Assembly (NCBI GenBank): GCA_963840035.1 | Contig: CAWIXE010000002.1 | Location: forward strand, 480,001 to 544,000 | Length of the DNA stretch: 64,000 nucleotides | Direction: 5' to 3' | From: a candidate division FCPU426 bacterium | GTDB taxonomy: Bacteria; Oederibacteriota; PGYV01; Palsa-1178 | Part shown: positions 19,171 through 28,161 of the stretch, in pieces | Layout: each line of letters opens with the position of its first letter | How positions within the stretch are numbered: the stretch's first letter is position 1 | Made by a program: the position numbers and the translations under genes | Notes under the pieces: generated by a model | Databases searched by the model: none | What the model saw: the letters and a program-made list of their open reading frames with translations, nothing else | What the model was told of the DNA's origin: nothing

Positions 19171-19313
19171 GTAGGGGCGAGCCGGTGGCTCGCCCGGAAT
19201 TAGATTGGACTTGAATCTGTTGGGGATTGCTTTGATGGTCAGGCAAGTGAGTCACCAGGCTTTAGACCCTAATTCTAAATCAAAGGCCGGGCGAGTCACC
19301 GACTCGCCCCTAC
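19171..19313. repeat. Inverted pair of GTAG-REP elements (REPIN-like)
   Basis: gtaggggcgagccggtggctcgccc (19171-19195) and gggcgagtcaccgactcgcccctac (19289-19313). Confidence 0.8.
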
Positions 19314-19340
19314 GAAGACAAACAACAAAAAATTGCATTC

Positions 19341-19372
19341 CACTTAGCACCCGCCACCCGTCACGCGCCACT
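19341..19372. repeat. Single heptamer arm upstream of murJ
   Basis: cttagca cccgcca cccgtca cgcgcca; reverse complement of units at 6318 and 17169. Confidence 0.7.
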
Positions 19373-19407
19373 TGTAAATATACCCTAATTGTATTATAAT
19401 CCTACCC

Positions 19408-20991
19408 ATGTCAACAAAACACATAGCAAAATCAGCGGCCATAGTCAGCGTAATTACCATGCTTTCGCGCATCCTTGGTTATGTCAGGGATGCTTTAAAC
19501 GCGGCGCTTTTAGGCGTAGGCATGGCTTCGGACGCTTTTTTTGTCGCTTTCCGCATTCCCAACATGCTCAGGAACCTGCTTGCCGAAGGCGCGTTATCAT
19601 CCGCTTTTGTCCCTGTATTTACCGAATACCTTGAAAAAAAGAAAAGGGAAGACGTCTGGGCGCTTGCCGCGAATGTGCTGACCCTTCTTTCGCTTGTATT
19701 AACCGGAATCACTGTTCTCGGAGTTGTTTTTGCGGATCCCATAGTGCGCGTCATGGCGCCGGGATTCATCGGCGACAAAGCAAAATTTGAACTGACAGTT
19801 TCCCTTACCCGTTATCTTTTTCCGTTCATCCTCTTCGTTTCGATAGCCGCTTTATTCATGGGCATACTGAATTCGTTAAAAAAGTTTTCCATGCCTGCGT
19901 TCGCGCCGGTCATTTTAAATGTTTCAATGATTGGGGCGGGAATTTTTATCTGCCCGCGCATGGGAGACACCCCGGAAACGCAGGTGTACGGCTGGGTCAT
20001 CGGCGCGCTTGTGGGGGCTGTACTGGAGATTATGATACAGTGGATACCCGCGCAAAAAGAAGGTTTTAAATTCCGCTTCTTTGTGGATTTTAACGACCCG
20101 GGGTTAAAGAAGATATTAAAACTCATGGTGCCAGCGACTGTGGCGCAGTCTGTCACGCAGATAAACCTGCTGGTGAATACCATCCTCGCGTCATTTTTAG
20201 CGGGCGGCGCCGTGACATACCTTTATTACGGAAACAGGCTGATGCAGCTTCCGTTCGGGGTATTTGGCGTGGCCATAGCGACAGTTTCTTTTACTTATAT
20301 ATCCCAGTATGCCGCGAGAAATGACATGAAAGGATTGACCGATACCATACACTCTTCGCTAAAGCAGGGCTTTTTTATAACCATTCCCGCATCCGCGGGC
20401 CTGATATTTTTATCCATGCCGATTAACGCGCTTTTATTTAATTACGGAAGGTTCACATACGCGGACGCGGTCGAAACGGCAAAGGTAAGCGCTGTTTATT
20501 GCGTGGCGATATTCGCTTTTACGGGAATTAAGATACTTACGCAGGTATTTTATGCCATAGATAAAGCATCCACGGCGGTTAAGATAAGCACGGCGTCAGT
20601 GGTCATAAATATTGTGCTGTGTATCGCGCTCATGAAGCCCTTCGGTTATATCGGCCTTGCCATTGCCACGGCTGTAACAGGAATCATACAGTACATGTTC
20701 TTATACCATTATACAGCCAAACTTACAGGGGGCCTAAAAACAAGGGAACTGCTCCTTTTTGCGGCTAAAATAACAGTTTCTTCCATTATAATGGGGTTTG
20801 CCTGTCTTGGGCTTTATAACTTAATGGCTGGCGCGTTTAATAAGGAATACAGCAGGCTGGTCAACGGGGTGCTTGTCTTAATATCCATAACAGCGGGAGT
20901 AGGTATTTTTGCCATATTAATGCCGCTTTTCCGGGTAAAAGAAGCCGGGACTTTTATTGGTATGGTAAAGGACAGGCTCAGGAAGAAATAA
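19408..20991 (+). CDS. murJ: Lipid II flippase MurJ
   Basis: SRILGYVRD, DAFFVAFRIPNMLRNLLAEGALSSAFVP, NRLMQLPFG. Confidence 0.95.
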   Translation: MSTKHIAKSAAIVSVITMLSRILGYVRDALNAALLGVGMASDAFFVAFRIPNMLRNLLAEGALSSAFVPVFTEYLEKKKREDVWALAANVLTLLSLVLTGITVLGVVFADPIVRVMAPGFIGDKAKFELTVSLTRYLFPFILFVSIAALFMGILNSLKKFSMPAFAPVILNVSMIGAGIFICPRMGDTPETQVYGWVIGALVGAVLEIMIQWIPAQKEGFKFRFFVDFNDPGLKKILKLMVPATVAQSVTQINLLVNTILASFLAGGAVTYLYYGNRLMQLPFGVFGVAIATVSFTYISQYAARNDMKGLTDTIHSSLKQGFFITIPASAGLIFLSMPINALLFNYGRFTYADAVETAKVSAVYCVAIFAFTGIKILTQVFYAIDKASTAVKISTASVVINIVLCIALMKPFGYIGLAIATAVTGIIQYMFLYHYTAKLTGGLKTRELLLFAAKITVSSIIMGFACLGLYNLMAGAFNKEYSRLVNGVLVLISITAGVGIFAILMPLFRVKEAGTFIGMVKDRLRKK

Positions 20992-21354
20992 TTATTATTC
21001 ATATTTTGTTGACCCCGATTTAAACGCTTTCATGTAATGCTGCTATGGTTTCTGCCATCAAGGTTTTTCTGCAAGCACGTCCACGCCGGCACGCACGCAG
21101 ACAAATTCCGCAAATGTTTAACATCCCCTGTATTAATTCAGGCGCGGCTATATTGCGCGGATTTTGTGCAAACGTGTTCAATAAAAATGAGATTTATTGC
21201 GCAAAAACGCAGTTAAGTGTTTACTTCAAAAAAATGGTATGTTACATTTTAGCTAAGCAAACAAGCGGCAAACCGAGGGTAAGACTGTTTCTATTGTCAA
21301 TATTTTTACGTAAAAACAGCTTATGCTGCGATGTTTTATAGCGGGTGGCGGGAT

Positions 21355-24060
21355 TTGAAAAAAACTTTCAGGTTGTTTAAATTCCTTTTTTTGCCAATTT
21401 TTTTAATATGTCTGAATTCATTTATCTCCGCGGCGTGCGGTCCTGTCAGCGCCACGCTTTGTATTAATGGAGATGACAACACCACTGTCTGGCTCAATGG
21501 GCACAACATGGGCGATTTTCCATATGTGGGCTGGAATTCGGTAACGGATCCGGTTTGCGTCAACGTACCGATTGCATATCTTCAGGAAACCGGAAATGTG
21601 ATAGCACTGTCAGTTACTGACACGGCGGGCGGGCAGGTATGGGGATCATTTACCCTGGACGTCATATGCGGCGGCGGGATGCATTCGTACATATCAAGTA
21701 ATGACGGCAATATTAAGCTTTTAACATCACAGGTATACAATACGCCTCCAGCAAATGACGGGGCTTCCAATTTGTGGTACACCCAAGCTTACACGGGGGA
21801 TACCACCTGGGTGAATGCCACACAAGTAACCTGTACGACGTGGTCAAAATCAATGTATGATCCTTCGGACGGCAAGTATGTCCAGCCATATTCATTTGAC
21901 CAGTGCGGATATGCCGGTGAAAATCAGTGGGATATAGATCATCCAAAGATGCTGTATATGAGGAAAAAATTTGACCTAAGCGCTGTAACGCCGCTGCCGT
22001 CAGCAACGATATCAATAAGCAAGATATCTTCCCGGTCTAATCAGATTACCTCCGGGGATTGTGTTACCATGACAGTTACCATATGTAATACAGGGGGGTT
22101 TACAAACAAGCCTGTGCTCATATCTGATTACTGGGTGGGAAGTGAGTGGGGATTTGTCGGGCCATGGTATTACAATGATATAAATAACGGCATTATGCAG
22201 CAGAGCGGAAATTCGCTTACGGTATACTTCCCGCTGGGTATGGAGGCAAATTCGTGCAAGACCTTCACTTACTGGATGCAAACCGGATGGTTTAACACTA
22301 CCACGCCAAACGCGTCATGGTGCAAGCAGACTTATAATTACGCGAGCGTTACGTGGAGCGCAGGGGCAACGACGGCTTCAGTTTCAACATCCATAGAGAT
22401 GGACCTGTTATGTCCGTCATCGACGGTTACTCCTACGAAAACTTTTACACCGGCCACTACTTTGACATTTACAATGACGCCGTCGTTGAGCGTGACCAGA
22501 TCACAAACTCCTACGTTTACACATACTCATACTCAGACGCAGTCCGGGACCCCGAGCAGGACTTATACACCGTCATCAACGTTTACAAGCACCGGTACGC
22601 CTTCGCAAACTACGGCAGCTACGTTTACGCTGACTCAGACAGGGACATACACCCTGACACTTACATCTACATATACCCAGACGCCGTCTAAGACGCCGAG
22701 CAGGACAAATACGCCGTCATCGACGTATACCAGTACCGGGACGCCATCGCAGACCATGGCCTCGTCAGATACATTTACTCCCACTGTTACGCCGACATTT
22801 ACTAAAAGCAGCACGCCGAGCAGTACGCAGTCACCGAGCATAACCGGCAGCCCGACATCAACCGGTACCGCAACACCCACCAGGACGGTTACAGGTTCAC
22901 ATACAACAACGCCGAGCAGGACACATACGCCAAGCCAGACTATTACTGACACCATATCTTCCAATACGCCTACTTTTACGCAATCATATACAGATACACC
23001 TACGGTGACACCGACAGGTACAAACACGCCGAGCATCACTTGCAGCCCTGTACCCACGGACACGGCTAGTCCGGGCACGACGTCTTCTTCGTCAATGACA
23101 AAAACCGCCACAGGCACGCCATCTTCAACGGTTACAATTACGGAAACTCGGACTCCGTCATTGTCGCCCACCGCGACCACGACAGCAGTTTCAAGTTATA
23201 CGATGACCCTGACCCATACTGTCCCGCCAAATACGGCGACTATAACCGTAACTTACACAAATACGCCTGCGGCCACCCCTACATGTACAGGAACGCTGTC
23301 CGTGACTTATACATGCACTTCCACCCCGGTCAATACGCCTTCATCTACGGGGACTTCTATAGCCACTCCGACTGGCACCGTTACAAATATTCCTTCCGGA
23401 TTACCTGTGACGCTCACTATAGATTTTTCCGCAAAAGGCGATGATCCCGCTGCCGGGGCAGTTGTAGAATACAGGATAGCGATAACAAACAACGACAAAT
23501 CAAAAGCATCCAATACGGTAATTTGGACGACACTGCCGGCTGAAATGAGTTTTATGGGCGCGCCGGCAGGTTCCACAATACTGCCGTCGCAAAATGGCCA
23601 AATGATTATCTGGACTATGCCGCCGGGTTCGGAGCTGCTGCCCGGAGAAAAATACACATTTTATTACTCGGTACGGATTAATTATTTAAATCCCTCAGGG
23701 ATCATACAAAGCACCGTCTCAACCGATTATAACGACGCCTATTTTACCGCGCCGGAGAGGCATAATCCCTTAACGTCAGATTATTGTTTCTACCCCGGGG
23801 GGCAGATAGTTTTATTTCCGAATCCGTATTCGCTGGCAGGAAAACCGCTTAAAATAGAAAATTATGTCGCAGGGTCAATGATAATGATATATACGCTTGC
23901 CGGCGAGAATGTTGTGGCAGCCAGGCCGCCAGGTGTGAGGTTTGTGTGGGACGGGAAGAACAGAATGGGAAGCAAAGTATCGCCGGGCATATATTATTAC
24001 CTTATTATAAACCGGTATTCCAATCAGTCGACCCAGGGTAAGTTCTTTATTATAAGGTAA
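21355..24060 (+). CDS. Large secreted Ser/Thr/Pro-rich protein with DUF11-like domains and FlgD/T9SS-type C-terminal Ig domain
   Basis: Signal peptide (TTG 21355 or ATG 21331); jelly-roll-like DDNTTVWLNG..GNVIAL; about 320 aa of TPS/TxT repeats; VEYRIAITN; FPNPY..IYTLAGE..WDGKN..PGIYYY. Confidence 0.75.
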   Translation: MKKTFRLFKFLFLPIFLICLNSFISAACGPVSATLCINGDDNTTVWLNGHNMGDFPYVGWNSVTDPVCVNVPIAYLQETGNVIALSVTDTAGGQVWGSFTLDVICGGGMHSYISSNDGNIKLLTSQVYNTPPANDGASNLWYTQAYTGDTTWVNATQVTCTTWSKSMYDPSDGKYVQPYSFDQCGYAGENQWDIDHPKMLYMRKKFDLSAVTPLPSATISISKISSRSNQITSGDCVTMTVTICNTGGFTNKPVLISDYWVGSEWGFVGPWYYNDINNGIMQQSGNSLTVYFPLGMEANSCKTFTYWMQTGWFNTTTPNASWCKQTYNYASVTWSAGATTASVSTSIEMDLLCPSSTVTPTKTFTPATTLTFTMTPSLSVTRSQTPTFTHTHTQTQSGTPSRTYTPSSTFTSTGTPSQTTAATFTLTQTGTYTLTLTSTYTQTPSKTPSRTNTPSSTYTSTGTPSQTMASSDTFTPTVTPTFTKSSTPSSTQSPSITGSPTSTGTATPTRTVTGSHTTTPSRTHTPSQTITDTISSNTPTFTQSYTDTPTVTPTGTNTPSITCSPVPTDTASPGTTSSSSMTKTATGTPSSTVTITETRTPSLSPTATTTAVSSYTMTLTHTVPPNTATITVTYTNTPAATPTCTGTLSVTYTCTSTPVNTPSSTGTSIATPTGTVTNIPSGLPVTLTIDFSAKGDDPAAGAVVEYRIAITNNDKSKASNTVIWTTLPAEMSFMGAPAGSTILPSQNGQMIIWTMPPGSELLPGEKYTFYYSVRINYLNPSGIIQSTVSTDYNDAYFTAPERHNPLTSDYCFYPGGQIVLFPNPYSLAGKPLKIENYVAGSMIMIYTLAGENVVAARPPGVRFVWDGKNRMGSKVSPGIYYYLIINRYSNQSTQGKFFIIR

Positions 24061-24112
24061 TTCCAAAGAATGGTATTAATGGCTGTAAACCGGTAATTGT
24101 TGTTGATTTCTC

Positions 24113-24142
24113 TTGACGAAACAACAGTGTTTATTGTATATT
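24113..24142 (+). promoter_or_regulatory. Promoter of infC operon
   Basis: ttgacg-18 nt-tatatt immediately before the L20 leader. Confidence 0.55.
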
Positions 24143-24152
24143 GTATTCACAT

Positions 24153-24275
24153 TAGCAAGTAGAAGCGGTGCTTCTCACCCTCAGGCTTTAGCCAAACGGG
24201 TTCAAAAAAATGAATGTATATTAAGTGCTTAATATATATGAGAAGACGGCTTTTTGGCCGTCTTTTTTGTTTTTC
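24153..24275 (+). promoter_or_regulatory. Ribosomal protein L20 leader (attenuator)
   Basis: agtagaagcggtgcttctcacc ... tgagaagacggc tttttggccgtctttttt upstream of infC-rpmI-rplT; cttctca/tgagaag pairing overlaps a terminator hairpin. Confidence 0.8.
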
Positions 24276-24401
24276 ATATAAGTCTCTTTTGAAGTAAGCG
24301 AAAGCAAAATATATTAACTTGTTTCGGGCGGATTTAACGTTCCGAGAAACCAAGTTGAACCTGCGGCTTTAAGCCGCCGGGACTCCAGGGAGGTGGACTG
24401 T

Positions 24402-24926
24402 ATTTCATTTACAGAATTGAGAGTTAACAGCCAGATCAGGGTAAGCGAAGTAAGGGTAATTGATGAAGCAGGAAATTCGCTTGGCGTCATGACGGTTAAC
24501 GATGCGATCAAGAAGGCGGAAGAACGGGCGGTGGATTTAGTCGAGATCAGCCCGGCTGCGAAGCCTCCGGTCTGCAAGCTTTTGAATTACGGCAAGTACC
24601 GCTACGAACAGATAAAAAAGGATAAGGAAGCAAGGAAGAACCAGCACGTGGTAGTCGTAAAAGAGATCCAGATCAGGCCGAATATCGACAAGCATGACCT
24701 GGGGATTAAGCTCAACCACGCGACAGAATTCCTCGAAAAAGGCTTTAAGGTAAAGTTCGTAATACGGTTCAGAGGCAGGGAACTGGAGTATAAGGAAATA
24801 CGCGGCGCCGAGATGCTTGATACTGTATATAAACATACCGCGGGTGTGGGCCAGCTTGAAGGCGACCCGTTCAAGGAAGAACGTTCGATCATATTTGTGA
24901 TGATGCCGATAAAGAAACAAGTTTAA
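24402..24926 (+). CDS. infC: Translation initiation factor IF-3 (ATT start)
   Basis: RVNSQIR, DLVEISP..KPPVCK, KEIQIRP, FRGRE; GGAGG at 24389-93 with in-frame ATT at 24402. Confidence 0.95.
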   Translation: MSFTELRVNSQIRVSEVRVIDEAGNSLGVMTVNDAIKKAEERAVDLVEISPAAKPPVCKLLNYGKYRYEQIKKDKEARKNQHVVVVKEIQIRPNIDKHDLGIKLNHATEFLEKGFKVKFVIRFRGRELEYKEIRGAEMLDTVYKHTAGVGQLEGDPFKEERSIIFVMMPIKKQV

Positions 24927-24985
24927 AGTTTTAAGTTTAGAGTTTAAAGTTAAAAGCATAACGCTTAAGACTTAAACCGTAAAAT
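24920..24985. repeat. Heptamer-periodic inverted array between infC and rpmI
   Basis: agtttaa agtttta agtttag agtttaa agttaaa ... taacgct taagact taaaccg taaaat. Confidence 0.75.
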
Positions 24986-25000
24986 AAAAAGGAGAAACAG

Positions 25001-25198
25001 ATGCCGAAATTGAAAACGAATTCGTCAGCAAAAAAAAGGATCTCAAAAACAGCGACAGGCAAGCTTAAGTACAAAAGGCCGGGCCTGCGCCACCTGCTCC
25101 ACCAGGAGAGCAGCAACTTAAAAAGGCCGAAAAGAAGGAAAGCATACGTAGCGCACGCGAACGCGAAAAACGTGGCAAAGCTGCTGCCGTACGGATAG
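25001..25198 (+). CDS. rpmI: 50S ribosomal protein L35
   Basis: MPKLKT..AKKR..TATGK..RHLL..LLPY. Confidence 0.96.
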   Translation: MPKLKTNSSAKKRISKTATGKLKYKRPGLRHLLHQESSNLKRPKRRKAYVAHANAKNVAKLLPYG

Positions 25199-25294
25199 AC
25201 AATTTCAAATTTGGGGCCTGACGCCTGAAATTTAATTTAGGGCAGCCTCAAAAGCAACGGAAGACAATTTAAACAATATTAAAGGAGAACAGAC

Positions 25295-25639
25295 ATGCCA
25301 AGGGTAAAAAGAGGCGTTGTTTCAAAACGCAAGCACAAAAAGATGATAAAACTTGCTTCGGGTTTCTATGGCAGGAAGAAGAACATTTTTACAAGGGCCA
25401 CGGAGCAGGTACAGAAAGGCTGGCAGGCTTCCTATAAAGGCAGGAAGCTCCGCAAAAGGGAATTCAGGAACCTCTGGATAATCAGGATAAACGCGGCATG
25501 CAGGGAAAACGGAATATCATACTCCAGGTTCATCAGCGCTTTGAAGAAAGCCAATATTGATCTTAACAGGAAGCAGCTTGCCGAAATGGCTGTTACTGAC
25601 GCGGCTTCTTTCACGAAAATTGTTAACAGCGTAAAATAA
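25295..25639 (+). CDS. rplT: 50S ribosomal protein L20
   Basis: MPRVKRG, RKREFRNLWIIRINAA, SYSRFI, LNRKQLAEMA. Confidence 0.97.
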   Translation: MPRVKRGVVSKRKHKKMIKLASGFYGRKKNIFTRATEQVQKGWQASYKGRKLRKREFRNLWIIRINAACRENGISYSRFISALKKANIDLNRKQLAEMAVTDAASFTKIVNSVK

Positions 25640-25650
25640 TAACGTGCCAT

Positions 25651-25690
25651 GGGCGGGCCGTTATAAGCCCGCCCTGGCGCCTATTTTTTT
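25651..25690 (+). terminator. Probable intrinsic terminator after rplT
   Basis: gggcgggc / gcccgccc stem followed by a T tract. Confidence 0.55.
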
Positions 25691-25745
25691 CTGACGTATT
25701 TCATCTGTTTGTTTGAAGGTTCTGAATAAATAAACAGGGGTCGAA

Positions 25746-27995
25746 ATGAAAACTAATAAGTCAAAAAATCAAAATAATATGCTGGCAGGAGCCATAAGGG
25801 ACTTCGGGCAGTTTAACACCATGGTACTTTCTTTCCTTGTTGCATTCATAGGCCAGTACCTCGTCTATTTTAATAAAATGATACTGCCGGGCGTTATTTT
25901 ATTCGCGCTGGCAGTTGTCATTTTTATCCTTTCTGACATTTATGGAAAAAAAGACATAAATGTTGAGGAACAAATTGCTCCCGCGGTTGAAGTCGCGTTA
26001 TTCCTTGCCATCATGGCTGTAGCGGTATTTTTCAGGGTGTGGATGCTCGACCAACTGCCGTCAGGCTGCTACCGCGATGAAGGGGAAAACGGAAACGAAG
26101 CCATAAATATAATGAACGGCATAGAGCTGGAAGGAACTGCCACGCCGGTTTACATAGAGCGCCTGACACAGCAGGCTGCAATGTATAATTATTTTATCGC
26201 TGTAATTTTCAAAATATTCGGCATTGGCGTTGTGCAGATAAGGGCGGCTTCGGTTGTCTTCGGCGTATTATGCGTCCCGGCCGTTTATTTCCTTGTCAGG
26301 CACCTTTTCGGCGTCAGGCTTGCCGTAATCGGCGCGTTCCTTCTTGCCGTAACACGCTGGCACATAAACTTTTCCAGGATAGGTTTTGTAGGCATTGTTT
26401 CAGTTTTTTTTGTTGCTGTCTGCCTTTATTTCGCGTACAGGGTTTACAGGAAAAGGGGCGTCATTGATTTTGTCATGCTCGGCGCCACAACCGCGCTGTC
26501 GCTCTACTCTTACATTGCCGCGAGGTTCATACCCGTCGGTTTATTTATTTTCATGGCATATGTTTTTGTCACCGAAAGGTCCTTTTTTAAAAACTATAAA
26601 AAGCAGATGATGGCCGGCATCATAGCGTTCCTCATAGTTTTCGCGCCGCTTGGATTGTATGTGGCGCAGCACCCGCAGAACTTCATGAACAGGGCGTCAA
26701 AAGTATCCATATTTAATAAAGACACGCTTAAGGTAATCGGCGGAAGGTACCTGGCTAAAGACGGCCAGCCTAAAAGCTGGATTTCACTATACGCTGAAAA
26801 TACGATTAACACTATCCTTATGTTCAATTACCGCGGGGACGGAAATTCCAGGCATAATTACCAGGGCAAACCCATGCTGGATTTTGTTTCGGGGATGCTT
26901 TTTGTGCTCGGGTTTGGTTATGTCCTTTATCATTTCAGGAAACCCAGATATTTCCTCCTGCTTGTGATGTTCGGATCCCTTGTGCAGCCCGGGCTGCTTA
27001 CCATTGAGTCGCCGCAGGCGTTAAGGACCGTTACGCTTGTGCCGCTTATCATTATTTTCATTGTAATCTTTTTACAGAAACTTTATGAAGCCGCGCTCGC
27101 TCAGTATGGCAAGGCTTCTCTTAAGGTGTTAACAGGCGTTCTTGCCGCGCTGATGTTGTTCGTGGCGGCGGATAATTACACCCAGTATTTTGAAAAATAC
27201 AGGGATAACCCGGGTTCGTGGGCTGATTTTTCCGTGGAGGAATATTCCATGGCAAAATACATACATGACCTCGGGCCGGACTGGACAGCCATAGTCCAGC
27301 CTGACTGGATAGACAGCTATACGTTCCACTTCGGGACATATCCGTACCAGAATTATGAGCGTTTTGAACTCTCCGAGTGGGTGCCGATAAAATCAAAAAT
27401 AAGAAAGAATTTCACCTATGTCATCGGCAGCGAGTATCTTCCGCTTGTCCCGCTTTTAAGGCAGATATACCCGAACGGGAAATACGGGGAATTCAGGCAT
27501 AAGTTTAATCAGCAGCTTCTGTTTTACTTTACATATGAAGTGCCTTACGATGACATAAAGAAGTTTCAGGATGGCCCGGGTTTTAAGAACGGGCTAAACG
27601 CCAGATATTATTACGGAACAGACTGGAAGGGAAAATTACAGCTTTCCAGGGTTGACCCGCTCATACTTTTTAACTGGACCAGGGATCCGGTGGCGTCGCC
27701 ATTCTCAGTGTTATGGGAAGGCAGGATTTTCATAAAAACCGCAGGGGAGTATCAGTTCAGGACTGTTTCAAATGACTTCTCCGATGTTTACATAGACGGT
27801 AAAAAGGTTGTTGAAAACCCCGGTTTCGCAAAGACACAGGATAAGACGGACGGGGACATAAAACTATCCGCGGGTTATCACTCTATACGGGTGCGGTATT
27901 CAGAGTCAATTCAGCATTCAAAAATGCATTTCTGGTGGAAGCCTGCGGGCGCTGACGATTTCGAGATTGTGCCAAGCTCGGTTTTGTTCAGGTGA
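25746..27995 (+). CDS. GT-C (ArnT/PMT-like) membrane glycosyltransferase with C-terminal PA14 domain, copy 1
   Basis: About 13 TM; P.GCYRDE loop motif; WHINFSRIG; PA14-like GLNARYY..FSVLWEGRI..SNDFSDVYIDG..GYHSIRVRY. Confidence 0.8.
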   Translation: MKTNKSKNQNNMLAGAIRDFGQFNTMVLSFLVAFIGQYLVYFNKMILPGVILFALAVVIFILSDIYGKKDINVEEQIAPAVEVALFLAIMAVAVFFRVWMLDQLPSGCYRDEGENGNEAINIMNGIELEGTATPVYIERLTQQAAMYNYFIAVIFKIFGIGVVQIRAASVVFGVLCVPAVYFLVRHLFGVRLAVIGAFLLAVTRWHINFSRIGFVGIVSVFFVAVCLYFAYRVYRKRGVIDFVMLGATTALSLYSYIAARFIPVGLFIFMAYVFVTERSFFKNYKKQMMAGIIAFLIVFAPLGLYVAQHPQNFMNRASKVSIFNKDTLKVIGGRYLAKDGQPKSWISLYAENTINTILMFNYRGDGNSRHNYQGKPMLDFVSGMLFVLGFGYVLYHFRKPRYFLLLVMFGSLVQPGLLTIESPQALRTVTLVPLIIIFIVIFLQKLYEAALAQYGKASLKVLTGVLAALMLFVAADNYTQYFEKYRDNPGSWADFSVEEYSMAKYIHDLGPDWTAIVQPDWIDSYTFHFGTYPYQNYERFELSEWVPIKSKIRKNFTYVIGSEYLPLVPLLRQIYPNGKYGEFRHKFNQQLLFYFTYEVPYDDIKKFQDGPGFKNGLNARYYYGTDWKGKLQLSRVDPLILFNWTRDPVASPFSVLWEGRIFIKTAGEYQFRTVSNDFSDVYIDGKKVVENPGFAKTQDKTDGDIKLSAGYHSIRVRYSESIQHSKMHFWWKPAGADDFEIVPSSVLFR

Positions 27996-28011
27996 GTATT
28001 GTTTTTGTATT

Positions 28012-28129
28012 GGTAGCCGCAGCCTCCATGTCCGCCGAAGCTTTAGCGGAGACGGATTAGGCTGCGCAACGCCGCGTTTCGCATCCTTAACTATGTTCTG
28101 CCTTACGCAGCCTGAAGGCTGCGGCTACC
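28012..28129. repeat. Inverted GTAG-REP pair with a second palindrome nested in the first copy
   Basis: ggtagccgcagcct[ccatgtccgccgaagctttagcggagacgga]ttaggctgcg ... cgcagcctgaaggctgcggctacc. Confidence 0.75.
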
Positions 28130-28161
28130 GGAATATAAAAAGATAAAATCGGGAGGTACTT

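Noticed and set aside
25199..25240. Weak heptamer pattern between rpmI and rplT
   Set aside because: Only two or three degenerate units per side; not distinguishable from chance.
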